From Octopus sinensis (lineage: Eukaryota): a stretch of 64,000 nt of DNA. Position 1 is the stretch's first letter, and the number at the start of each line of letters is the position of its first letter. The notes beneath the pieces were generated by a model. The model worked only from the letters and a program-made list of their open reading frames with translations, searched no databases and was not told the origin of the DNA. The position numbers were made by a program, and so were the translations under genes. Location of the stretch: positions 157,666,001 to 157,730,000 of the forward strand of contig NC_042999.1 of the NCBI RefSeq assembly GCF_006345805.1, written 5' to 3'. Below are positions 37,781-50,759 of this stretch, one piece after another.

Positions 37781-38981
37781 ACCTCTATGAATATCGGCCC
37801 TTCAGTGGTACCCTACAACCAACAAGGTCACGGGACTCTGATAACGACGATGAGTTAATTTTTTGTGACATATCGTCATAAGCAGCAGTTTTACGTTGAT
37901 AGTTGATGTTGGTTTTATGTTAGCATTGTCAGACTGTGTTGAAATCCATCATACTTTCCTAACTGGAAGTTTAAATTTAGGTTTACACGAGAAGTCTTCA
38001 ATACGATTAGGTAATTATTAAATTCCATTTTTAGAAAATACTACGTAATTTGCTTCACAGGTTATAAATGTCTGGTATAGATTTCGCAACAGTACAGTGT
38101 ATCGACAACATATTCTAAGATACTAGAGTAAATATTCTAATGCATTATTTCAGACTTCATAAATCTTATCAGTCAGAAACTGTTTATTCTGTGTTTGTTT
38201 TAACAATAATAATTTAGCTTTAGTCGCAACGGAACTTGTGAGTTTCAATTCCTACAAAGAAACAAGCCACATTCTTATCAAGATATAAACTATCAATTTT
38301 TATATAATCAAAAGCCATGCTGTCGGAAGCATGTTTTATTCTTCTCATTGAGTATTCTGTAAATCTTCTTTTAGAGAACTATCAATGTATATCTGCTACA
38401 GGCAGTTGTAGACGGCTTTTGATATGATATCTGTCATATGCTGAAAGCAACTCAAATTGACTGTTTAGATCTTTTCTAATGGTGTTCAATCAATGGCTAG
38501 GTTATTATTAAATTCATCTTTTTTGGAAAAAAAAAAAAAGAATGTAACTTACTTCACGTTGTTACAAAATTTATCGAATATATGCTAGTTCGGTAAGTTC
38601 ATTTGTACCATTGTAAAGAGAGTAAATTCGTATGTTTCGGTTCTTGCTTTTAATACGAGAGTGAAAGAAAAGAGGAAATGGTGATATTGCCTCTTGTCCA
38701 AGCGATAACACTACCTGTTTCAAAGCATTTCTCTTTCCCAGACGAGGACAAGACCCAATCAAAAACTTAAATTTTACACATCTCACAATCGGCAAACTAA
38801 TCAAACCAGAACACACGGTCTCCCCATGTAAGTATAAGATCCTGTGGAGGGAGACCCATTATACTGTAATATATTGTTTTAAGTTTATTTTAAGTCTAAC
38901 TTTTCAACTAATTGCGAATTTTAGAAACAGCGATTTATATTTCTTTATACACAGTTGTAATTACATATCTAAAGTACTTAC

Positions 38982-39381
38982 ATCTTTATATATAAAAGTG
39001 AAGTTGTGTGTCTGTCTCCTACGATTTAGATTCCTAACTACTCCCACATTTTGCGGTGCAGTTTAACCAAAACCGGGTATCTTATAGTCGTGATTCATAT
39101 CGAGCCCTTCTGGGTATTAGCGCGCGTCTACGATGAGTCTACGATTTAAAAAAAAATTACCATAATTCTTTTCCTTTTTAATGCATTTTTTTCGCTATTA
39201 TATAAGGGAAGTAACTCTCTAAAAATGTCTACGATGAGTCAATGATTTAAAAAAAAAATGACCATAATTTTTTTTCCATTTTTAATGCATTGTTTTGCTA
39301 TTTTTTTGCTATAACTCTCTAAAAATGCTTATATAGTTATTTCCCTTACAAACCCGAGCAACGCCGGGCGATACTGCTAGT
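38982..39381 (-). mobile_element. Helentron-like element
   Basis: Same family as 15613-16014. Confidence 0.65.
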
Positions 39382-40017
39382 GATACATAAAACAGAAATT
39401 TGAAGAAAGTTTCGAAAAAGAAAATGCTACCTTGGGTTACTTATTCCGAAACAGCATTTTTTCTTTTTTTTTTCACATTTCGTTAGAATTTATCTGAATA
39501 ATATTTCATAAAATGTATTTGTCCCCCACCACTGCTTGACAACCGATGCTGGTGTGTTTTGCGGTCTAATATTTTGAAAACGCGGCTTTGTCAGATGGCA
39601 GCTAACTTCAATAAGGCCTCTACTTAAGTACTGAGCTAACCTAAATACTCTTGAGTTAAATAACTGTAACCAACACATACCTTTACCAGTTTCTTCGGAT
39701 TGCGAACTTCACTCAATCGAATACAGTTTGATATTTAAGAATAAATCTTAAATAAGGTTGGAAAGTTGATGTTAGATAGAAAGTTTAAAGTACATGTATT
39801 CATGAAATTATTAGCAATTCTTATAAATTGTTAGACAGTGATTGTCAATATTGACAATATCGACAATATTAATTGCACATAAATTGTCAATATTGACAGT
39901 TATCAGAAAAATGGTTTGAATTAGGATTTAATTTTTACGTGTCTATAAGTGACACTTTAAAATGATAAAAGGCAAGAATGTCTTAGAAAACCAAACAATG
40001 AAAGTTAATGTACATAC

Positions 40018-40080
40018 CGCAATCAGCAAGTTGAAGAAGATAATAAAGCGCTTCAGCAAGCAATGGACTCTGTCGTGCAT
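40018..40080 (-). CDS. Tetraspanin coding exon 1 (MHDRVHCLLKRFIIFFNLLIA); full exon 40018-40170 includes 90 nt of 5'UTR
   Basis: ATG at 40080. Translation fits the tetraspanin N-terminus/TM1 (C-x-x-K...F-N). Donor GCG|gtatgt, upstream acceptor attcacattttcag| at 40171-40172. Phase 0 joins the next exon in frame. Confidence 0.92.
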
Positions 40081-40102
40081 TTTCAGTTTGTTTAACAATC
40101 TA

Positions 40103-40123
40103 TCAATAACTTGTGCTGTTCAT
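40103..40123 (-). promoter_or_regulatory. Short upstream ORF (MNSTSY*) in the tetraspanin 5'UTR
   Basis: ATG 43 nt upstream of the main ATG, out of frame, stops 22 nt before it. Regulatory role is inferred. Confidence 0.5.
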
Positions 40124-40629
40124 TGATACCCAAGTCACCCGCTTGATCAATTAGTATCGATGAATAGGAACTGAAAATGTGAATAAAATCTCAAAGTAAG
40201 TATTGTCAGGATTTTATATAAAACAAAATAAGAAAGCAAAAATATCTTTTAAAAAAAGACGATAAAACAACTAAGCCCCACTCCACTCCACAAAATACGG
40301 CAGAATAGTTTTGGATGATTCTAGCTATTTCATCCTCTTTATTTTTTTACACAATGTTTTTTTTTGTTTACAAATGTTTAAAGTATACTGTGATAGATAT
40401 AAAGGTTTTCAATTGAAAAGAAGCCAAATAATATATACTTACGTATGTATATGTGCGCGAGTATTTATATATCAAACGTAAATATATATATATGTGCGTG
40501 TGCGCGCGTGTGTGTGCGTGCGTGTGTGTGTGTATGTGTGTGTGTGTGCGTGCGTGTGTGCGCGTATATGTGTGTGTGTGTGGTGCGTGCGTGTGTGTGT
40601 GTATGTGTGTGTGTGTGTGTGTGTAATGT

Positions 40630-41450
40630 GAAGAAACAAAAGACTTGGTAATTCAATCCGCAAACATGACTACGATTAGAGACGTATTTAAAAGAACATG
40701 ATTAAAAATATATAAATACACAGACATTAAAAAAAAAATCTATAAGTAAATGGATATATCAAAAATATATATGCGTATGGTAATAGATTTTAAAGAATCC
40801 TCTTCGGATGTAGACACAAAAACGTTAAAAATGTTAGAGAAAGACTGAAGTGGTGATGGAAACGAACTAAAAGATACGATGGGGAGCGAAGTTAAAATTC
40901 GGAATAGTTAAAGTTAGTTAAAGTAGGGCACCAACGGCCGTTTCTGGGTGTTCATTGCGGAAAAAAAATAAAGGGATAAAATACCCATTACTTGGCATTT
41001 CCTCCTTCTTCAGAGTAACGACTATTCGTCATTCGTTATTTCCAACATAGAAAACTCGTTACCCTGAAGAAGGAAGAATTGCCAAATAATGGGTATTACA
41101 TCCCTTTATTTTTTCCCCCGCAATGGACACCAAGAAACGACCGTTGGTACCCTACTTTAATTTTTATTAATTTTTAATTTCGCTCCTCATCGTATCCATC
41201 ACCACTTCAGACTTTCTCCAATATTTTTACCTGTACACGCATGTTTTAACGTTTTTATGTCTACACCTGGAGATTGTTTAAAATCTATTACTTTACACAA
41301 ATATATTTTTAATACATTCATTTGCTTATAAATTTTAAAACATGTCTGTGTATTTATATATTTTTAATCTATCATGTACAATTCTCCTTCAAATCCGTTT
41401 CTAATCGGAGTCATGTTTGCGGATTGAATTACCAGATCTTTTGTTTCTTC
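40630..41450. mobile_element. Older fold-back (arms about 390 bp, diverged) with hammerhead relics in both arms
   Basis: GAAGAAACAAAAG...AATTCAATCCGCAAACATGACT mirrored at 41410-41450. CTGAAGA...GAAAC-GACC-GTT on plus and CTGAAGA...GAAAC-GGCC-GTT on minus. Confidence 0.7.
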
Positions 41451-41526
41451 TAAAACCAAACCTCTATATTGTGAGAGAATTTCTAATACATCTTCTTGCT
41501 CAAAACAATTATATATATAATGCATG

Positions 41527-41700
<174 letters not shown>

Positions 41701-42127
41701 ATCTATGTATATGCATTCGTCCTTATATACAGATATTTGTGTATGTGTGTATATATGTGTGTACACACACACACATATATATATATATACACACATACAC
41801 AACGCTGAAAGACAGCTAGATAACACTGTAATTGAAATATAGTGTAGAAAATAGCAACACAAAAGATGCATTTAATAATGTGAGTAATCAAAAATGTTTT
41901 AGTAATAATTGATATTGATTTGTTTTGGACTTAAAAGGATAATCTTCGGTACATTTTAAGAGCTTTGAGTAGAAATAGCAATGTGATGACCGTTCTTCTC
42001 CAAAGTAAATGTGTGATGTTGGCGAAGTAAAATGGCTTCGAATGGAGGCTGAAATACGTTACGGTCTCAGTTGGCAGAGGTTTTGCCTTTTGCTCAATGC
42101 CACGATTCCCTGTAATTATTTCCAAAG

Positions 42128-42745
42128 GCGCAGGCGTAGATGTGTAGTAAGAAGTTTGCTTCTCAACCATATGGTTCCGGGTTCAGTCCCACTGCGTGTT
42201 ACCTTAGGTTAGTATCTATTTCTTTACTACCCACAAGGGGCCAAACACAGAGGGGACAAACAAGGACAGACAAACAGATTAAGTCGATTACATCGACCCC
42301 AGTGCGTAACTGGTACTTAATTTATCGACCCCCGAAAGGATGAAAGGCAAAGTCAACCTCGGCGGAATTTGAACTCAGAACGTGGTGGCAGACGAAGTAC
42401 GGCTTCGCATTTCGCCCGGCGTGCTAACGTTTCTGCCAGCTCGCCGCCTTTAGGTTAGTATCTTCTACTATAGCCTTGGACCGACCACAGCCTTGGGAGT
42501 GAATTTGGCAGAGAGCAACTGAAAGAAGCCCGTCGTATATATATCTACGTGCGCGTGGCTTTGCATCTGTGTTTGTTCCCCACTACTGCTTAACAACCGG
42601 TGTTGGCGAGTTTACGTTCGGCAAAAGAGATCGATAGAGGCTTAGAAAAAGAAAATAAGTACTAGGGGCGATTCATTCAACTAAAATTCCTTAAGGCGGT
42701 GCCCCAGCATGGCCGCAGTCTAATGATTGAAACAAGTGAAAGATA
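42128..42745 (+). mobile_element. SINE A variant with a nested SINE B
   Basis: Family A head and tail flank the insert. Confidence 0.75.
42218..42449 (-). mobile_element. SINE B, full length
   Basis: 14-bp TSD TTAGGTTAGTATCT at 42204-42217 and 42450-42463. Confidence 0.9.
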
Positions 42746-42974
42746 TTTCCTTATATCACGTAGCTTCAGACGTGGTTAAGAAGTTTGCTTAGAAACTTGA
42801 TGTTTTCAGTTTCAATATGGGCCGATCCGACAAATGCTTTGTGAATAATCATGGGAGCTTGAAACTTTGCGAAAGCACATCATGTGAGCACGTGCGTGCG
42901 TGCGCATGTATGTATGTATGTATGTATGTATGTATGTATGTATGTATGTATGTATGTATGTATGTATGTATGTA

Positions 42975-43345
42975 TGTCAGGTCACTTTCGAGTGCTACTG
43001 GTAACATGTAACCCAGTACAACCTGTTGCATGATCGGGTCGTGTGCGACTAAACTGGCAACCCCACCAAGCTTGCTTGGTGAGGAAGGTGTTTATTGGAC
43101 ACCCTGCGGGATGAAAAACAAAACCTGTCAAAGGGCGGAGGAACTCTTGAGAGTCAACGGCCATCCTATAAATGTCTTAAGGCTGTATCATGCGCGGGGA
43201 CATAGAAATAATCGGACTGAATACCCGTTCGCGCGGTTAAACCATTGGGAGTGAAGGACTCCTAGCCTTTGTTAAGGCATCCTTCTAGGAGAAGGTAACT
43301 CTGGTAACTGGGATAACTCCGACATAAAACCTGCGGCTCAGTGGT
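42975..43345 (+). mobile_element. Probable RTE-like 5'UTR fragment between (TATG)n tracts
   Basis: GC-richer segment with GGAGAAGGTAACTCTG...AAACC. Assignment from recall only. Confidence 0.35.
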
Positions 43346-43889
43346 TACCGATGATGTTGACTTGTTCTTCTTTTCGGATTATGGCTGCTGTTGCTTAGTG
43401 AGTGGGATTGACTCAGTGCACAGCCTTTCCTCACTTTAAAAAAAATCTTCTTGCACAGGCATTGCACGATAACAACATTGATTAAGCTTCGTGCAATGGC
43501 CATACTCGATAACGAGGGGGCAGCCACCATGTATGTATGTATGTATGTATGTATGTATGTATGTATGTATGTATGTATGTATGTATGTATGTATGTATGA
43601 AACTGATCTTTCTTGTAGAAGGCAAATGAAGGTTTCGCAATTTCTTGCTGAATAATCTGCACATATGATATGATTATAATGATCAAAATATGATTATAAT
43701 GATGAAAAGGTTCACCATGACTAGTTTCATTAAGATCTTCTTGATCAGGGCTGACCTTGGGTGCAACAATCACTTTTTCCAGAACCTTTGGTTCCAAAGC
43801 TTTTTTCCGGATTACTGTTTTTTTTTCTGAACCAGGGACGGTCACCACCATGTTAAACAAATATTAATATATTTACTTAAATAAAAGCG

Positions 43890-44100
43890 GTAGAGTGGTT
43901 AAAGCGTTAGCTCGCCGGGGAAAATGCTTGGTGACATTTCGTCCGTCTTTAAATTTTGAGTTCAAATTCCATCGAGTTCGACTTTGCTTTTCATCTTTTC
44001 GGAGTAGATAAAATAAGTATCAGTTTCGCACTGGGATCGATGCAATCGACTTACCCCTACCCTTGAAATTGCTGGCCTCGTACCAAAATTTGAAACCAAT
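43890..44100 (+). mobile_element. SINE B'
   Basis: Family B body with the tail CCTTGAAATTGCTGGCCTCGTACCAAAATTTGAAACCAAT. Confidence 0.75.
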
Positions 44101-44951
44101 GTATTTTCTTAAATAATTAAAAATGAAATGCAGTTACCTGTACGTTGGTATAAACGATACAAGTTTATTAATACTGTACTGTGAAACAGGCCCACACAGT
44201 TAAATAATCAGGCGGCCTCAGGAATTTCAAATGACTGCTCATAAATTAGTGTGAATTATAAGAAATTCCAGAGCACCAGTGTTCCTCAAAGTCCTAAAAG
44301 TCTATGCTGTACTTGTATATTAGTTTCGTTTCGCTTGGCACAAAATGTTCGGTTCTCGAAAGGAATAAACATGAAATTGTGATATTCAAACCTGACCTCA
44401 GACCATTAATAACGAACGTTTTTCAAGCAGGAGTTGGGACATCTTAATGTTAGGCTCTCTACCAAATTATCGTTAGCTATACAGTTCTTGTCAACAAATA
44501 ATCATATAATTATGTAATATAGATGCAAAAACTATAGTAATTAAACGCTCCAATAATTTATAAACGTTATCACCCAACATTACATCGTTTCGTTGATTTA
44601 TGATATCAAAATAAAGATTTTTCAGAATATTAAAAAGAAAATAAGTATGTAAATAAATGTTGCGATGTAATTATCTTCCAGGTCAATTATCTTTTTCCGA
44701 TATTTTTCTTCAAACGGTTATTATGGTTATATTAGAACCAAATCGAATTTCGAGAGCAAGGTGGGCGTTTTTTTTTCACTTATTTTATCGCTAAAATTAG
44801 TTTCTGTCAGATTGTATATGGATTAATAAGTTAATTAATATCATTTATCTCCCTCACCTCACAATTTAAACTTTATTTCTCATTCATAGCTCATCAATTT
44901 CCGCATTAAGCACCTTGCGTAATCCATCCTCAAAACTGTTTCCCTCTAGAA

Positions 44952-45098
44952 CAAGCATGGGCAACCTGTCTTGAGAAGTGGACCACATAAGACATGACTC
45001 ATCATCAGGTGGGTTACACTACTAAGAAAGATTGAAGAAAATTTTTCGTTATGCGTGCCACTTAGAAAGTCTTGTGGGCCGCATTTTGCCCGTGATTG
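44952..45098. mobile_element. hAT-type MITE
   Basis: Imperfect TIR CAAGCATGGGCAA/TTGCCCGTGATTG. 8-bp flanks CTCTAGAA and TTCTAGTA. Confidence 0.55.
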
Positions 45099-46319
45099 TT
45101 CTAGTACTCCCTTAAAGACCCGCGTGTGTAGTACTATAATCACGAATCAGCAGATATTTAAGCTGAATATTGAACTGCTTCGATCTCACCAGTTTGAAAG
45201 ATCCTGGTTAAGGCATGTGTATTGCCACACTTTCCTGATTAAAAACACCCTCTCATCTTATCCCCAGTCACTACTCTAAACGTTTCACCCAAACTTTTCT
45301 TTTCTTCTCAATGAATGCATTTAAACATTCAGACTAAACATTATTTATATTAATTCCATTTATGCCTAAATTTCTGAAATGTGTTATGTTGAAGATGATA
45401 AATTTTCGACTACTAAGCTCATCCCCAGAATCCTTTTCATGATATTTGCATTAAGTTTCTCTCATTTCAATCTCTGATCATCATCAGATGTCTTATTCTT
45501 GAATATATGAATTGTTCCAGCAGGATTCGAAACAGAGACCTTTACTTTTAAACGAATGGTAGTGATGTTTTCTTCTCACTCAGATGTGACTTTGTCATTC
45601 AAAACTGTACTGCTAGTCATCGAAGAGTAGTGGATAACAATGATACTTCCTCCTTTTATTTCGAAATAAAGGTTCCTAGTTCAAATCCAGCCAATGTATG
45701 CACATTCGTACGTAACCAAAAATAAATACTTGCTAACTGTCTGAGCTCGAACAGATCGAAACAAAATACCAATGTAAATATAAGTAGTTGTAAATCAGGT
45801 AAGTTTAATTACAATTAGTCATACATATTCTATAAGACAATATTGAAGAAAGAACTAAAGATCCTTTTCCTCCTTTTCAGATAATCAATGAAAACTATAG
45901 AAAAATTCGATAAGCTCAATTGATATGAAGAGAGAATGGTGCTGTCGCTTTAGCAAGTTAATGGGCAAATATAAAATATAATTCTAATGCTTCATCGATG
46001 CCCTAGAATGTAAAACTCTCCTCAGTTCTGAGAGGGTACTGAAAATCAGGAATTAGTTTTGATTCTTTGGTTGAAGCAAGTGGGTGAAAAATATATACAG
46101 TTCTTTGGATAGGATAACAGACCATCTCAGATCAAATTTTCAAAAGCTCTGCTACCTATTTCCTTCACTTTTGAATTGATGTACATAAAACGAAGGTTCT
46201 TGTCCAGAACACAGCAGAATGTTTTTAGCGGATTAGAACTATTAACTCATGTATTCATAATCCAACATAATAGTATTTATCTTCTTACAAAGGGAGTTCT
46301 TTTTTCTTCTTTTTTTTCT

Positions 46320-46566
46320 TCTTTTTTACTTATTTCAGTCATTTGACTGCGGCCATGCTGGAGCACCATCTTTAGTCGAACAAATCGACCCCAGGACTTA
46401 TTCTTTGTAAGCCTGGTACTTATTCTATCGGTCTCTTGTGTCGAACCGCCAATTTACGAGGACGTAAACACACTAGCATCAGTTGTTAAGCGATGTTGGG
46501 GGGGGGGGGGGTAAACACAGACACACAAGCATATGCACATACACACACACACACACACAACACACA

Positions 46567-46614
<48 letters not shown>

Positions 46615-46776
46615 GACGAGCTTCTTTCAGTTTCCGTCTACCAAATCCACTCACAAGGCTTTGGTCGGCCCGAAGCTACAGTAGAAGACACTTGCCCAAG
46701 GCGCCACGCTGTGGGACTGAACCCGGAACCATGTGGTTGGTAAGCAAGCTACTTACCACACAGCCACTCCTGCGCC
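46320..46776 (-). mobile_element. SINE A
   Basis: Full-length match. Confidence 0.9.
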
Positions 46777-47515
46777 TGTTATTCAGAATCGCTACATTCT
46801 TGATTAGAATTTTCTGGTTGCATCAAAACTTTGGTCATTAAAAGAGTAAGTATTGTTATCAAGTGTACTTATAGATTTTGTTTATTGGATTAGGCGTCTA
46901 TATAACTGATTAGCTTTTTATCACATCTCTAAAATTTTGCATTGTATTGTTGAAATGTTATATAAAAATTAAAGCTCTTCACATCGTCTGAAAACAGAGC
47001 GTAATTGTTAAAAACAAAGATTATAATTTCAGTTGCCATCATAAATGGAAATGGAAATTCTCCTTCGTTGAGTAAATCATGTATATTTACTCAGTTTCAC
47101 AAGAGGCTATTAATATAATTCCTAAATTCTGATTGGTGTTAGATTTTTGTGTCTGATTCGAGAATTAAGATAATTAGGTATGTTAGAAAAACTATTGACT
47201 TCATTTGGTGACCCTGAAGAGCACTAGCGTAGATAGCAAAGTCTGTCTCCTTGGTAACGTACATAAAAATGCTACAATGTCATTAAATATTAAAGAAATC
47301 ACTGAATGCAGATTACTATTCATTAGTAAATATATTACACAAACGCGCGTGCGCACGCACAAACAAACACGCTTCTGATAGAATTCTCTTTTCTGTAATG
47401 TAGTATTTGAACGGTGACGGAGCTCCGAATAAATAGCAAGGCTGATGCGCTCTCTAATCAGCGCTTCTCAAGAGGATAGATGTTGAATACTGAATTGTCC
47501 TTAGCATATGACTAG

Positions 47516-47929
47516 GGATCTTTTCGGTTTGAACGGCAGTTTCTTCAAGCGGTGTCATATGAGATTGTCACCCATAATTATGACCCTAGAATCGATCTAT
47601 TGCATTTCAATCTCTTTTAGGGTTAGGGTTAGGGTTAGGGGTGGAGGAAGGGTATCTTTTTTTCTTCACAAATGTAAATAAACCCAATCTGTTTCTTAAA
47701 CGAGGGACATATTCATACGGCACAGAATGTTTTTTTTAACTCAATAGACGTCACTGATTGGCTGAAATTGCAGAAATTGAAGAAAAAAAACAACAAATAT
47801 CTTACAAACTATAGAATTTTCTCAATAAAGCCAAGAGAAAAAGATGTTTTATAAACACATTCTACCAGCATACGAAGTTAAAAATTTTTTAGTTACCTAG
47901 AAATTATGTTAAAAACTGCCGTTCAAACC
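47516..47929. mobile_element. Second Merlin-like MITE copy, right TIR truncated, with (TTAGGG)4
   Basis: Colinear with 13400-13816. Confidence 0.8.
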
Positions 47930-48129
47930 AATAGAACAAATAACTGCAAAGTCGCCTGAGCTACGAAGTTATAATATTTCGATTTTCCGATCATATCTCA
48001 AAAAATCAGAAGTTTATTGAGATTCATTGTTTGATTTAGAGTAGAACAAGTGAATTTAACAAAGTTTATATTAATGCAAAGACAACCTTCGATTACATTG
48101 GCATAAAAGAAAAGGATTAATATTGGCCA

Positions 48130-49590
48130 TTAATAAGATAAACGCGAATTCAGCAACGGCTCCTGATGGTTTTCCCAGTTATTCTCAAAGACATAGAAGA
48201 AAGCTCTCACAAGACCACTGCAGGTACATTTCCCGAGTTTCCTCGCATGTGACAAATTTTCCAGGACTTTAAAAGAAGGTAATCCCGTGTCCTTTCCACA
48301 TAAGAAAGAACTGCCTTGCACAGCTACCACAGCATTATGAACCGTTCAAATGTGGATGTGATGTATCTTAAATTTTGCCAAGGCCTTCGACAAAGTCGAT
48401 TTTAGGATGATATATCACAAACTGAGTGGCCTTCGTATCACTGGAAAACTAGGGGAGTGGCAGCACAACTTTTTAAAAGATAGGAGTGTGATAATCGCAG
48501 TCTATGGTACTCTCTTCGAAGAGACATCAATTTTCAGCGTAGTCCCTCAGTGAACTATACTAGGACCATTACTTTTTGTGGTGGTTCTCTAAAGCATGTT
48601 TCAATCATACTGTCAGTCAATCTTACCAGCTATGCTGATGATCTAAAAGTATCACGAACAGTCAAGGACCCTGGTGATACCTCAATGCGACAGAAAAACC
48701 TGAAAGCAATATACAAGTTTTTTTTACAAAAAAAAAGCAAAAAAGCCCAACAATATGCAGTTCAATGTCACCAAATTTCAAGCACTCTGCTATGGAACCA
48801 CGAACAGAATGTAATATGATAATATGAAAGAGCAGAGCGTATTGCAGTCCTGGAGTCAGAGTCGGTGCGTGACTTAGGAATCCACATGAATGGCGATGCG
48901 TCATTCCGTGCGTATAATACTAAGATGGCAACAATCTACAGGTGACCGACTGGCTGGCTTAATTCTAAGATCATTCAGAACATGGAAAATGGAAACCATT
49001 TGCTCCTATGGAGAGAACATTCGTTCGCAGTCGTCCGGACTACTGCTACCAATTATGGTCGCCACAAAGCGTCAAACTAACAACTCAACTCTGGGTAATC
49101 CGTTTAAGATTGCCTCGGTGCAACAGATGAGCTCCTAGGAGAGGCTAAAGAACGAAGGCGCTTCTCCCTAGAGAGGAGATGCGAAGAATATGCAGTGGTA
49201 TATAAATGCAAGATCCTGGGAAGTCTAGCACCCAACTTTGGGATTGAAAGCTATAGAAATCACTAGGTGTCACTCCATTGTTCAAAACATCATAAACTCT
49301 CCAACCAGGGTCACACATTTTTGATACCTTACCAAAAGGCCTTAGAAATCTACGAAGGGCAGATGCGGATGTATTCAAAGAAGATATAGTCAAAATTTAA
49401 CCCGAGATACGTTTGAACCAGCATCACAGAAACAAAGAGCAGTTTTGTTCATCTCGCTACTTCACCAAAACCGATTTCTGAGATAGGATCAGGAAATGAG
49501 TCTAAAATAAACAAGCATTAACGCGAATGGGAGTGTCCCAGCATGGTGACAGCTTCTGGCTGAAACCAGTAAAAGAAGAAAAGAATATTT
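48130..49590 (+). mobile_element. Decayed CR1-type LINE (reverse transcriptase to 3' tail)
   Basis: APDGFP, YLNFAKAFDKVD, VPQ*TILGPLLF and SYADDLK motifs, with stops and frameshifts. Tail CCCAGCATGG...CTGAAACCAGTAAAAGA. Confidence 0.9.
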
Positions 49591-49596
49591 TACAGA

Positions 49597-49772
49597 GCGC
49601 AGGAGTGGCTGTGTGGTAAGTAGCTTGCTTATGAACTACATGGTTCCGGGTTCAGTCCCACTGCGTGGCATCTTGGGCAAATGTCTTCTACTATAGCCTC
49701 GGGCCGACCAAAGCCTTGTGAGTGGATTTGGTAGAAGGAAACTGAAAGAAGCCTGTCGTATGTATCTATCTA

Positions 49773-49831
<59 letters not shown>

Positions 49832-50118
49832 TTGTGTGTCTGTGTTTGTCCCCCTAGCATTGTTTGACAACCGATGCTGGTGTGTTTACGTCCCCGTCAC
49901 TTAGCCATGATATCTTATTAAAAAAGTATTTATATATAAAGACGAATATCTCATTAATGTTATAGCAATATATCAACGGTTCGTCAAAAAGAGACCGATA
50001 GAATAAGTACTGGGCTTACAAAAGAATAAGTCCCGGGGTCGATTTGCTCGACTAAAGGCGGTGCTCCAGCATGGCCGCAGTCAAATGACTGAAACAAGTA
50101 AAAGTAAGTAAGTAAGTA
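49597..50118 (+). mobile_element. SINE A with a 72-bp foreign insert (49906-49977)
   Basis: Consensus CACTTAGC|GGTTCG is split by the insert. Confidence 0.9.
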
Positions 50119-50372
50119 AGAGCATGCTTATATAGAAAAGTTTCACAATAGTTACCATGGAAATGATTAAGAACTGAAATACGCCCAAATAGTTCTGAAT
50201 AACCAGGTCGAGAAAGAAATGGAAAACCAGCTGAAGAGTGCTGCGATGCATAGTTCATTGCTCGTGCTTTCTCACGTTGCATGCGTTCTCTTTTCACTTT
50301 TGACGTCAGGAATGCAGTGACTAAATACTACAGCAGTTGGAAGCTTGTAACCATAGGAGCTATTGTTCACAA

Positions 50373-50759
50373 ATCTTTATATATAAAAGTGAGGTTGTGT
50401 GGTGTCTGTCTCCTACGATTTAGATTCCTAACTACTCCCACATTTTGCGGTGCAGTGTAACCAAAACCGGGTATCTTATAGTCGTGATTCATATCGAGCC
50501 CTTCTGGATATTAGCGTGCGTCTACGATGAGTCTACGATTTAAAAAAAAATTTACCATCATTTTTTCCCATTTTAATGCATTTTTTCGCTATTATATAAG
50601 GGAAGTAACTCTCTAAAAATGTCTACGATGAGTCAACGATTTAAAAAAAAAATTTATTTTTAATGCATTTTTTTGCTATTTTTTGGCTATAACTCTCTAA
50701 GAATGCTTATATAGTTATTTCCCTTACAAACCCGAGCAACGCCGGGCGATACTGCTTGT
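50373..50759 (-). mobile_element. Helentron-like element
   Basis: Same family as 15613-16014. Confidence 0.65.

Noticed and set aside
44138-44330. Candidate non-coding first exon (minus-strand donor CAG|GTAACT at 44137)
   Set aside because: A donor motif alone is not enough. No promoter or transcript evidence.
47617-47640. (TTAGGG)4 as a telomere or chromosome-fusion scar
   Set aside because: It is an internal part of a multi-copy MITE.
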